DNA of 64,000 nt from Octopus sinensis (taxonomy: Eukaryota), in assembly GCF_006345805.1 (NCBI RefSeq), contig NC_043007.1, positions 47,554,001 through 47,618,000 on the forward strand, in the 5' to 3' direction. This document shows, piece by piece, positions 52,302 to 64,000 of the stretch. The notes under the pieces were generated by a model, which was not told the DNA's origin, searched no databases, and saw nothing but the letters and a program-made list of their open reading frames with translations. The first letter of the stretch is position 1. Every line of letters starts with the position of its first letter. The position numbers and the translations under genes were made by a program.

Positions 52302-52499
52302 ATATATATATATACACACACATATATATATAGGGGGAGAGAGAGGGAGAATATAAAGAAATTCAGGAGGTATGTGATAACTTTATATATATATATATAT
52401 AAAGAGGAAAGCAACAGGAAAACTAAGCGACAAAACACATTGAAAATCAAACAAGTAAAGGGTTTTATGAAGAGTAACGATACATATTTACAATTAGAT

Positions 52500-52960
52500 G
52501 AACTGATGTAGGAATAAAAGTAATACAAGTCATTATTGTGAATTGTTAGAGAGATTCAAAAGCATACTGGTTTCGTAAAATTACTGATCACTGCTTTGAA
52601 TGTGCACCGCTTACCGAACGGTGTCGGGTCTACTAGTCCCTGAGTAAAAAGATTATGTGTAAGGGAGGTAAGTAGTTCTGGATTTGGTGCAATTAGGGTA
52701 GATATAATGTGAATGGTGTATGGGATGTATGGGAGGTATTAATTGAAAGGTTAATAGAGTTTTGTATTAAGTTATGTGTTCACATTGAGTTATAGTAGAT
52801 ATTTATTTATGAAAGTTGCCTCTTTATTCATTCTTTGTTGTACTGAGGTGTTCTGTGAACATTGAGAGAAGGGAAAAATTAGGAAATTAGGATTAATGTT
52901 CCCAGCACACCTTTCTATGTGTTCACCTACCTGTATCGGTCTGTATTGCCTGTATCTGGC
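52500..52960 (-). mobile_element. Penelope-like 3' end (GIY-YIG C-terminus plus terminal repeat)
   Basis: IERCAGNINPNFLIFPF...RMNKEATFINKY aligns with the C-terminus of the 41700 element. Confidence 0.75.
52554..52601 (-). ncRNA. type I hammerhead motif, G3:C8 variant
   Basis: AUUCAAAGCA-GUGAUCA-GUA(AUUU)UAC-GAAA-CCAGU-A^UGCUUUUGAAU. Confidence 0.7.
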
Positions 52961-53032
<72 letters not shown>

Positions 53033-53183
53033 TATATAAACAACTTATAAATAAGGCCAAACGAAAAAATGTCTAATGCCAAATATGCCGAAATTAGACA
53101 TTGTCCATAACCATATATTTTTCACAATACGCACGCTACTTGAAAAAAGTCGACAGAAATTTCTAAAAATTCCATTATTACCA

Positions 53184-53236
53184 TATCGGACCGATTTCAG
53201 GGTTAGTTCATAAGAACCATCCCTTCGTCAGTGATA
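53184..53236 (-). ncRNA. minimal type I hammerhead motif in a cassette (53035-53480) bounded by a 20-bp IR and (TA)n
   Basis: UAUCA-CUGACGA-AGGG(auggUUC-uuau-GAACua a)CCCU-GAAA-UCGGU-C^CGAUA. Confidence 0.65.
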
Positions 53237-53550
53237 AATGTGGTAAAGAAATAAATGAGAAACTTACTCATACCCATGGAAGAAGCAAACACTAAGTCAT
53301 GAGCACAATTTAGTACCCTAAATACATCCAAAATAGAAATTCTCCGGCCCATTCAAGACACGTGCGATTTGAACTGAGGCTCTCACAGAGTGAGAGAGTC
53401 CGGAAGTGAACACTATTAAATTTCTATTTAATGTAGGATAATATTTTTTCGAAAAAAATTTTATTTATAAGTTGTTTATAAATTTAACCTTTATTTTTTA
53501 ATATGCTGGCCATTGATAAAATTTTTTTCGAAAGTTTTATCCTACATTAA

Positions 53551-53621
<71 letters not shown>

Positions 53622-53784
53622 TACATACATATATATTCATATATATACATATATATACACACATATATGTGTGTGTGTGCATGTATGTGTGTATATTATA
53701 GACACACATACATGCACACACACACACATATATATGTGTGTATATATATGTATATATATATGAATATATATGTATGTATGCATA

Positions 53785-53847
<63 letters not shown>

Positions 53848-53949
53848 TATCATACATACATATATATTCATATATATACATATATATACACACATATAGT
53901 GTATGTGTGTGTGTGCATGTATGTGTGTATATTATAGACACACATACAT

Positions 53950-54040
53950 AAACACTTGCCCAAGTTGCCACGCAGTGGGACTGAATTCGGTACGATGAGG
54001 TTGGGAAGCAAGTTTCTTACTAGATAGCCATGTCTGCCCC
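53950..54040 (-). mobile_element. SINE family A head fragment
   Basis: ACACTTGCCCAAGTTGCCACGCAGTGGGACTGAA. Confidence 0.75.
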
Positions 54041-54498
54041 TGTCCTTTTTTTTCTAGCGCGTAGAGAGTAATTTGAGAAATATTTGGTTGCTATTTCAAG
54101 TAGGTGGAGTACCCACGAAAGTACATTTACCCTTGAATCAACTTTGGCCCTTTAAAGGACTATCTCCAATATTTCGTGAAGTGATATTAAAATCTGAATC
54201 ACTGAATCTCACTATGAACTGTATTCTTTTTGGCATGCTTTTAGCAATTTCTGAATTATCGTTTTAGCGTGGCATGCTTTCGTTGAAGAAGTTTAAAAAA
54301 AAGTGCGCTTTGGGTTAAAAGGGGGAAAAAATAATAAATATTCTAATGGAAATCGTGAAATATTTTCCTGCTACCGATTTTGTGGCTTCTGGGATCGGCA
54401 ATCTTAAGAGATTTAAATTAGCTATAATTCTTTAAATTGCATCACTAGTCATGTGTACATTATTTCCTGTATACGTAATATGCATATATATATATTTA

Positions 54499-54627
<129 letters not shown>

Positions 54628-54733
54628 AATATATATACGTATGTATATATAAATATATACATATAGATATAGATATATATACATATATATATATATGCTC
54701 ACAAACACGTACACACACACACATATATATATT

Positions 54734-54792
<59 letters not shown>

Positions 54793-55699
54793 AAGAGAGT
54801 GAGAGAAAAAGGGATTTAAATGATTTATACAAAAATTTACACAAAAATGAGCTAAGAGAAATAATTCGATGTGGTGAGTGGTATGTATTTGATCAACAAA
54901 GATAAATAAAGATATATTAAATATCATTAAGCATGAATTCTTGATTTATTAAAATTATCTGTTTCCAAAGAACGTAAAACAATCTTTTGGTGGCAACTGG
55001 GATTTTAAAAGGTGAATATTACAAAAACTTCGTTGAAAAATTGGCTTAATAATTTTCATCGTCTATGATGCAGCTTAATTATAAATGCTCATTTTGTCAG
55101 AAGTCATACTGACGAATTCCTTGACAATTTAAATAACTTATACCATCTAGATTGTCAAGACATCCTTGAGGAAGCTTTTTATCATATTCTTGCATTGATA
55201 TGAGATGAGCGAAACCAAGAGATAGGCTTTTATGGCTATAAAACGAACTGATAAATAAAACAATATTAGAAAATAGTTGGTGGAAACAAAGGAATATACA
55301 TACTACCTGAATAGACAATGTATCGTATTCGTTTCTAGATAAATCTACAAATTATTATGATTTATGGAAGTAACATGCTAAAATAGAAATCTACTGTAAG
55401 AAGATGTGTCCCACAATTTGATGCAATTTATACAAATGTATTAATATTAAAGTACTAATATTCCAAGATTTACTTTTCCCATTCTTGTTCTGACACTTTC
55501 ATTCCACATTAACCGCAACCCTAAATATTATAGTGAATGGTTACAACTTAAGCGAGACTAGAATCATCCACTTGCTCTGAATGGATAAACGACCGCAGCA
55601 GAATAATTACTGTAACTAACAAATATTCTATGAATTGCGATTTGTGAGATAAAATATTGTTTGTCCAAGTTTACCTTAGTAGATTCCAGATAGTCGTTA

Positions 55700-56560
55700 C
55701 CTGTCAGACAACTGGAATTGTCTCAAAAACTTGCGGAGATTTTACAACTCACTCTTCTATTGGCTACTCTCATGTAATTCCAAAATACGAATGTACGACT
55801 TGTATATACATCTAACATATTCTAGTCGTCCACCAACATTAATAGGTGAATGTTCCCAAGAATGCTTCGAGATACCTGAAGAAATGCAACAACCGTCCGG
55901 ACCTACTCGATGTTTAAAGAGCCACTAATCTGACACCACTCCCCTTGCTATTCACATTTAGTACCACTGATTTTCCATCCAGGGGTCTAGGTAGATTGCC
56001 CTTGCCTCAAAATAATTTCTATCCTGCTCGATCCAGGTCATCAATAAATTGCATACACGTCGCAAACGTCAAAGATGGGTGCAATTTTGCGCGTTCCGAG
56101 AATATCGGTTTCAGCTCACAAGACATAGATATGATACCTGATGGCTATCACGCCAACATCCAGTGATTTAAGGTTGTTAAACAAATTACTTTGTTTGCAA
56201 TCCAGTCTCAAGTAGCATAAATTTATGCAATCATTTCTCTGTAAGGTTATTTTGTATGGAGAAAAGCTGCAATAGGTTACTTTAATCTAAAAACACCGAG
56301 CAAATAGGTCATCGGGATTTCTCTAAAGGTTTCTGTAGTATTGCATTGGCTGTCTTTTGCGGGAGTCCAGCTCATCCTCTGGGAATCAGTTCTAATGTAA
56401 TCCTCAACAGAAATCAAGTTGGTGCAATTTGAGAGAGGTGGTCCACGATGTTGTTCCTTCTGAGACGTATGTCTTCGTTGAATTTTACGGTTTCCATTAA
56501 CTCATAGAATGGCGTAGTTGAAAACTTAATAAATAAGTTGGTCTTTGCTGTTTATGCCCT
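55700..56560 (-). mobile_element. very decayed LINE RT remnant
   Basis: FSTTPFYELMETVKFNE...NNI and PICSVFLD resemble ISLLPxFSKxxEK and C.VFLDLSKAFD; many stops. Confidence 0.4.
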
Positions 56561-56779
56561 GATTGTAGTAATTAGTAACTGTGACTGTTGTTGTGTTTGC
56601 GGGTTTAGTTGTTAGCATTTGTGTTGTTATTGTTACGACTTTTAGTAGTGGTGGTCGTGGTGATCTTTTTTCTATTGTTACTTTTTGTAATATGGTAGCA
56701 GTGGTAATGATGATTATAGTATTACGCGTAGGAAAATGTTCGTTGATCTCTCAAGCATTTCGCCTTTACTTTCCTAATA

Positions 56780-56807
56780 ATAATAATACTAATGGTGTTG
56801 TTGTTGT

Positions 56808-56843
<36 letters not shown>

Positions 56844-56920
56844 CGACGACGACGACGACTACGACGACGATGATGATGATGATGATGATGATGGGGGTGG
56901 GGTGATGACGACGACAACAT
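56780..56920. repeat. (GTT)(GAT)(GAC) trinucleotide repeat
   Basis: Direct inspection. Confidence 0.95.
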
Positions 56921-57179
56921 AAACCCATCACTTTCGACGTGACGGCTTAAGTCGATACTTGATTGGAATTCTATTTCCTCCATGCCGAAAAGATGAAAAG
57001 TGAAGTTGAGACCTCGATCGAGGCTTGAACTCAAAAGGTAAAACGCCGGAAGAAATACTGCAAGACATTTTCTCCGACATTCTATCGAGTCTACCAATCC
57101 ACTGCTCATATGGTAATTGCTTCCGATATGAGCACAAAGCCAGGTAGTTTGAGAAGGTGTTGTTCTGCATCAACGAACC

Positions 57180-57305
57180 AAATACTTAACTGGTGCTTTA
57201 TTTTATCGACTCCAACAGAATGAAGGGCAAAGTCGAGTTCAACGGAACTTGAAATCAGAATGTAAAGATGGATGAAATGCCGCTAAGCATTTTGTCCAGC
57301 TCGCC
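57180..57305 (-). mobile_element. SINE family D 5' part
   Basis: Matches 47720-47950. Confidence 0.7.
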
Positions 57306-57309
57306 GTGT

Positions 57310-57393
57310 TTATAATAATAATAATAATAATAACAACAACAACAACAATAGCAATAATAATAATAATAATAATAATAATGATGATGATGATGG

Positions 57394-57442
<49 letters not shown>

Positions 57443-57446
57443 AATG

Positions 57447-57480
<34 letters not shown>

Positions 57481-57505
57481 CAACAACAACAACAATAGCA
57501 ATATC

Positions 57506-57558
<53 letters not shown>

Positions 57559-57574
57559 TGATGATGATGATGAG

Positions 57575-57659
<85 letters not shown>

Positions 57660-57660
57660 C
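57310..57660. repeat. (AAT)(AAC)(GAT) compound repeat with an internally repeated higher-order block
   Basis: Direct inspection. Confidence 0.95.
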
Positions 57661-58104
57661 CAAAGCTGTAAAGTTTATGTATTGATCGACATGAGTATTT
57701 CTTGTAACCATAATATCTCGGCAAAAGAATTTGACAAGCTCAGAAAATATAAAGATTTGGTCATTGAAATTGAAAGAAATGTGGCATCTCAATCGGTTAC
57801 AATACCTGTGATTGTAGGAGCACCTTGACCGATTAAGAAAGGAACTGAAAATTATTTGAGAATGATCCCTGGCTTATCATCCATGCAAGAAGTGCAAAAT
57901 ATTGTTTTAAATGGTACGCCACACGTATTGATAAGGGCATTGTAGATGTGACAGCAATTACCACCCAGGTTTGGGTTTTTTCTTTACATAACTTCATTTC
58001 ATTTTGAAGATGAACAATCTGGTGTGTATAGTTTAATGGCATATCAATGTAAACAGTGAATTTCTTTGTCCTACGTGTGGGAAGACACTCAGCAAGAAAC
58101 TGAA
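57660..58104 (+). mobile_element. R4/Dong-like extreme 3' fragment
   Basis: IDRHEYF...EFDKLRKYKDLVIEIERNVAS...TIPVIVGA...VQNIVLNG. Confidence 0.8.
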
Positions 58105-58270
58105 AGAAGAAGAAGAAGAAGAAGAAGAAGAAGAAGAAGAAGAAGAAGAAGAAGAAGAAGAAGAAGAAGAAGAAGAAGAAGAAGAAGAAGAAGAAGAAGA
58201 AGAAGAAGAAGAAGAAGAAGAAGAAGAAGAAGAAGAAGAAGAAGAAGAAGAAGAAGAAGAAGAAGAAGAA
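58105..58270. repeat. perfect (GAA)n, ~55 units
   Basis: Direct inspection. Confidence 0.98.
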
Positions 58271-59689
58271 TGTAACCAATAAATATTATATCGATTTTGC
58301 TCCAGTATGGCTAAAACCTGAATCTAATAAATAATAGAATATGAAAATATTTATTTGCTTTGCTGAAAATTATGTAATACAAGATCGAAGAGAGAACGAA
58401 AGAAATGAAAAAGTCTATGAATGCAAGTGTTTCCATTCAGATGACCAGACAGGAGCAACAATTTTTCTTTTTCCTCAAACTACACGGATTGCGTTTTCAC
58501 AATAAGAGTAAACTTCTGCTTCGGACGCCTACGGGAAAAAATGGAGAGACATGTAACAGAAGCATGCGATAAATTTAACTGAGATAAAATTTACTGACGC
58601 TAAGAGTTTCCCCAGTGAATTATGTGAACAAAGCCAAGTAAATTTATGTAGTTTTTCTACTTGATATGGCAATGTCTGGCATGATACGGAGCAGCCATCA
58701 ATAGATCAACAACCGTGTGTACATATACAGAGATTTAACAGATGAGCGCATACTCAAATACAGCCGAACGCTAACATTTATACAGCTACAAAAGTCCATT
58801 CTACTGATCGATACAATTCAAGTAGTTTTGCGTATACATCCATAACAATTTAACAATTCACTATTTGACGTGTCTTCTTTCACATACACGTACACACATG
58901 CACATATGAATATATGTGCATCGGTGCGTGCGTGTGTACGTGCGTGTATATATGTGTGTATGAAAGAATATGAATATAGGATATATGTGTATACGTTTGT
59001 TTATGTAAACACGCATAAATTTAAATAACAGCATACATTTCTCTTCATCTTTCACCCGCTCGCTCACTCTTACACTCTCTCCCTTTCTCATACCCACACA
59101 CTCTCTCTCTCTCTCTTTCTCTGTTTCTTTCTCTCTTCCTCTCTCTCTATTTCCTTTAAGAACAACATTTTCTTAATTTAAATTAAATTTTAATTTTAAA
59201 CTCTACAGAGATACATCGAAGACAAATGGAATTCTGAAACGACACAAAAATTCTTTAAAATAGAGAAAAATATATATATAAACAATGCAAAAACAACGAC
59301 TGAAAGGATCTGGTCACAAGATAGGAAAGTTTGATTTCTATCACTTGCACAGAGATGTCTTCATGGCCAAAGCATTCAATGCGGTGTGATACTCTACGGG
59401 GAGATAATACGGAACTGTAAACAATAACAGTAACATCACCACTATATTTCTATAAAAATAATTTATTGACAATCGAAGAAGTATCACAAGAGCTGTTTTG
59501 TACTTTCACTGACACCACTCAAATATTAGACTTAGTTCTATGTTTATGATGAGGTTGTCCTTGGAAAAGCATAACCATTCATAAAAATATGGTTTTGGTG
59601 TTTTGGGTGTAATCAGTAACGTGGTCGACAAGCAATGGGTGCTTGTAAGTGTGTTATATCATTATTTAAAACATGTCCCAGAATAATTC

Positions 59690-60195
59690 TTTTATTCTTT
59701 TTATTCTTTTACCTGTTTCAGTCATTTGACAACGGCCGTGCTGGAGCATCGACTTTTAGTCGAAGAAATCGACCCCCAAGATTTATTCTTTGTAAGCCTT
59801 ATTCTATCGGTTACTTTTGCCGAATGGCTAAGTTACGGGGACGTTAACACGCCAACATCCGTTGTTAAGCGATGATGAAGAGGACAAACACAGACAAAAA
59901 TACACACACGCGTGCGCACGAGCATGTGTGTGTGTAGTATATGGTAAATGAAAGACGGAAGATGGAAGATACGAGAATTTTTATTAATCACGACAATTAT
60001 TTCGACACATCTAGCATATGTATATGTATACGACGGGCTTCTTTCAGTTTCCGTCTACTAAATCCACTCACAAGGCTTTAGTTGACCCGAAGACTATAGT
60101 AGAAGACACTTGCCCAAAGTGCCACGCTGTGGGACTGAGCCCGGAACCATGTGGTTGGGAAGCAAACTTCTTACCACACAGCCACACCTGCGCCT
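59690..60195 (-). mobile_element. SINE family A
   Basis: Tail at 59710, head at 60190. Confidence 0.85.
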
Positions 60196-60288
60196 AAACA
60201 TTTTATATCCTTTATAGTCATGTCCTATCGTTACATTAACAACCATCATAAACATCGAAATTTAGTGTGATACATGTTTATATCAGAG

Positions 60289-60501
60289 CAGTGTTTCTCA
60301 ACTATTTTATACCTAGGGGACTCTTTGATTCCTATTTTACTCGGATGAACACCCCAAACAAGTCGCTTTTTTAATATTATCAGGAAATGCATAAAAGAAT
60401 GGTTAAAATATTTTGATTTGTAGAAGTGCAGACCTGTCTATGGCAGATAAATTTCAGTCTGATTTTATATGGAACCCCAAGAGCTCGGCTGAGAACCATT
60501 G
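60289..60501. mobile_element. hAT-type MITE candidate
   Basis: TIRs CAGTGTTTCTCAAC / GCTGAGAACCATTG; no 8-bp TSD recognisable. Confidence 0.5.
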
Positions 60502-60711
60502 TAGACAATAACACAATAGCTTTCCTAAAGGTCGTCAAGGGATTGCAAAATTATTATCCTGTGATGTGAAATAAAATAGAACTCTATTAGTTTAAACTTA
60601 CAAAATGCTTGTATATTCTGTTTAAAAGGATGGGATTAAAATGGCTCTTTTATGAAATTTATATGTCACAGATATTAGTTTCAAGTCTTGTATATCTTCA
60701 TAATGCATATA

Positions 60712-60802
<91 letters not shown>

Positions 60803-60826
60803 GTATATATATGTGTGTGTGTGTTT

Positions 60827-60857
<31 letters not shown>

Positions 60858-61519
60858 GTATATATATGTGTGTGTGTGTTTTTGTGTGTGTGTGTGTGTA
60901 TGAATATATAATAAGTCGAATTTAAAATTAAAGAATTAAGGTCTAGAAAGGCATTAAATGCAGTATCCAAACCTTGTTTCAGGGAAAGTCCCAGGTAATG
61001 TGTCTGCAGAGCACGTTCACCACCAGGCGTCATCAGCAATACTGTGCGTTTGTCTTTGGATCTGCCTCCGGAGTTCCAAGGGGAACGAGGGATGTATTTT
61101 AAATGAGACGTTCAAATGAGACGGAACGTATCAAGAAGCATTTATTAGCACAGCAATCGATTGTTGTGATAATAAATGCTTCTTGTTACACTACGTCTTC
61201 CGTATTAATCTTCTAAATTATATTTATACACACACATATACATACATACATACATACATACATACATACATACATACATGCATGCATGCATGCATGCATG
61301 CATGCATGCATACATACATACATACATACATACATACATACATACATACATACATACATACATACATACATACATACATACATACATACATACATACATA
61401 CATAAGGTAAGTAGGGTTACCGGTTGGAATTACCGTCTAAGAATATCCGTTATCACTCCCGGTATAAATTACCTGTTAACCCTGGGCATGGGCATGCATG
61501 CACACTATCGTTTATCATT

Positions 61520-61665
61520 TATCATTTACTTGTTTCAGTCATTTGACTGCGGCCATGCTGGAGCACCGCCTTTTACACTTGCCCAAGGCGCCACGCTGTG
61601 GGACTGAGCCCGGAACCATGTGGTTGGGAAGCAAACTACTTACCACACAGCCACACCTGCGCCTG
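61520..61665 (-). mobile_element. SINE family A, head fused directly to tail
   Basis: CACCGCCTTT|ACACTTGCCC junction; middle of the element is absent. Confidence 0.8.
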
Positions 61666-62199
61666 AATATTTTATATCCTTTATAGTCATACATACATAC
61701 TATGATCATACGGTACAGGTAATAACTCAATAATGAAGAGTTTTTGTGGAAACAAGTTTAAAATAAGCAGAAAATGGAGAAAACTTTTCATCAACAAATT
61801 GACCACCATCGGTCAATAATTTTTTAATAAAAAACTTTAATATTGCTTACAGCCGTTTCAGCTACCAATGTCAGTCGATGCCTCCAAAGATAATTATGGG
61901 AATAATATTCGTCATTTTTATAGCACATCCGATCTAGCACATGTAGCTTCATCAGAGTGAATACAAATACATAAAATAAAAGAAGAGATTATTTGTTAAT
62001 TTACTCATTTGCCCATCGACTTCAAGCTTTACACTGCAAAATGGAATCATTCTAATTTATTAAGACTTTTATTAATTTATTAATTTATTATTACCCTATG
62101 TTATTATATATATACATATATATATATATATACACACACACACATATATATATAAACACATATACGCACACACAGACACACACTCGCACACATACACAT

Positions 62200-62625
62200 A
62201 TACTCTTTACTCTTTTACTTGTTTCTGTCATTTGACTGTGGCCATGCTGGAGCACCGCCTTTAGTCGAGAAAATCGACCTCAGGGCATATTCTTAGTAAG
62301 CCTAGTACTTATTCTATCGATCCCTTTTGTCAAACCGCTAATTGACGGGGACATAAACACACCAGCATCGATTGTCAAGCAATGCTAGGGGGACAAACAC
62401 AGACACACAAACATACACAGACACACACATATATATATACATATATATATATACATATATACGACGGGCTTCTTTCAGTTTCCGCCTACCAAATCCACTC
62501 ACAAGGATCTGGTCGGCCCGAGGCTATACTAGAAGACGCTTGCCCAAGATGTCATGTAGTAGGACTGAACCCGAAACCATGTGGTTGGTAAGCAGGCTAC
62601 TTACCTCACAGCAACTCTTGCGCCT
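62200..62625 (-). mobile_element. SINE family A
   Basis: Full head-to-tail match with 1069-1460. Confidence 0.85.
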
Positions 62626-62668
62626 ATATATACATACATATATATATATATACATACATATATATATA

Positions 62669-62736
<68 letters not shown>

Positions 62737-63192
62737 TATATATTATATATATATATAATATATATATATATGCACATGTACGAGCTATCCAACTTACGAC
62801 CGATCGACTTACGACGACCGGCACAACAGCTCCCGGCAGCAATAATAAATAATCTAGTTGAAATCTAATGGATTTAATTTCTTAGAAACGGATGATATCA
62901 ACTAACAAACTTTTCCACTAGGTTTGGTTATCGATCGCCACTGTGTTCTATGACCATCCTGTCATGGAGACATCGAAGCAACCTTGTATTTGTTTATAAG
63001 ACGTGCTTGAGACTCCGAAATTTTTTACTAATGCTAATAGTATAATAGTATAATACAGATTACTGTGTGTGACTTTTACCTGAGAATGTATCTGAAGAAT
63101 ATAAAAAGATAAAACAAAGCTATGTAGGCCTATAGGCTGACTTACGATCAATTAGTTGGAACCAATTGTGGTCGTAAGTCGACGATGACCTG

Positions 63193-63245
<53 letters not shown>

Positions 63246-64000
63246 GCTTACGTGCATATATAAATACAAAAATAAACATTTTTATTCCTATAAAAGCATA
63301 CAGGTATACATATTTGTGCGTCCGTATACATGTATTTATGTGTGTGTGCGTGTGTTTGTGTGTGTGTGAGGGAGAGGGTGAGAGAGAGGGGTTGGAAGAG
63401 ACAGGCAAGCAGACAAAGAAGCACATAAGTGTACCGACAAAAAAAGAAAACGGGAAAACAGAATGTTGTAATACAGACTGGTGCGGATATTTGTTTCCAA
63501 GTTTCCATCGTAAATTACTGCATCACTAAGGTGAGAAAGGAATTAAAAGATGTATAAAAATACCTTTTTTTCTAAAAATATTCTTTTCTTACAAGACAAA
63601 ATAAAGCAGTGAAAGAAATTTTCTAAAAAGACTTCCGGCCTTTCCGACCAATTTCACTGTTAGACCTGAGTTAGAAATTAGTAGATTTTGTCTGTCTTAT
63701 TGATTTTATTCAATACGATTAAATAACGATGCAGAATGGCGAATCTTTTCCGTATTTAGAGATATGGTTTCGCTCTCACATTGTCTAGATCGCAATTCCG
63801 TTTCACTATTATATCCCGATGAAAACCTAAACTTAATAAAATCATAGTTTTCCAGACGGCGTATTTGAGAGTTTGTTTTTAGCCTATATATACAAAATTC
63901 ATTGTCTGTCTGTCTGTTCCCTATGTAATTTTTATTTTCATATGGATTAAAAGAATATAACATTTTCTCGAAAATAATCTTTCTATACTCAACTATAGTA

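Noticed and set aside
59209-59390. 60-codon open frame after a plus-strand acceptor
   Set aside because: Ends in KAFNAV and is more likely an old RT remnant; neither reading is supportable.
60961-61045. Minus-strand CUGAUGA...GAAAC with a plausible stem I
   Set aside because: Stem II does not pair; at best a disrupted relic.
63706-63963. 85-aa minus-strand ORF
   Set aside because: No recognisable homology or splice structure.

Overview
AT-rich animal genomic DNA, very dense in microsatellites [(TA)n, (GATA)n, (TACA)n, (CA)n, (AAT)n, (GAA)n] and transposon debris. The repeat complement (tRNA-headed SINEs, R4/Dong-like, RTE and CR1-like LINEs, mariner/maT, Penelope-like elements, non-autonomous Helitrons) is typical of an octopod cephalopod; this taxon call is an inference. 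Only one host coding exon is supportable: a minus-strand terminal exon (9954-10220) resembling CIMIP1/C20orf85. Nearly all ORFs in the supplied track are microsatellite artefacts or TE fragments. The main finding is a set of type I hammerhead ribozyme (HHR) motifs, none visible in the ORF track, in several unrelated, probably Penelope-derived cassettes. They include a ~528-nt tandem-plus-inverted HHR repeat (retrozyme-like), two independent HHRs with a compensatory G3:C8 core swap, a U4C variant inside a near-perfect palindrome, and minimal dimer-type HHRs. All alignments and folds were done by eye, ends of degenerate elements are approximate, and no ribozyme activity has been shown.
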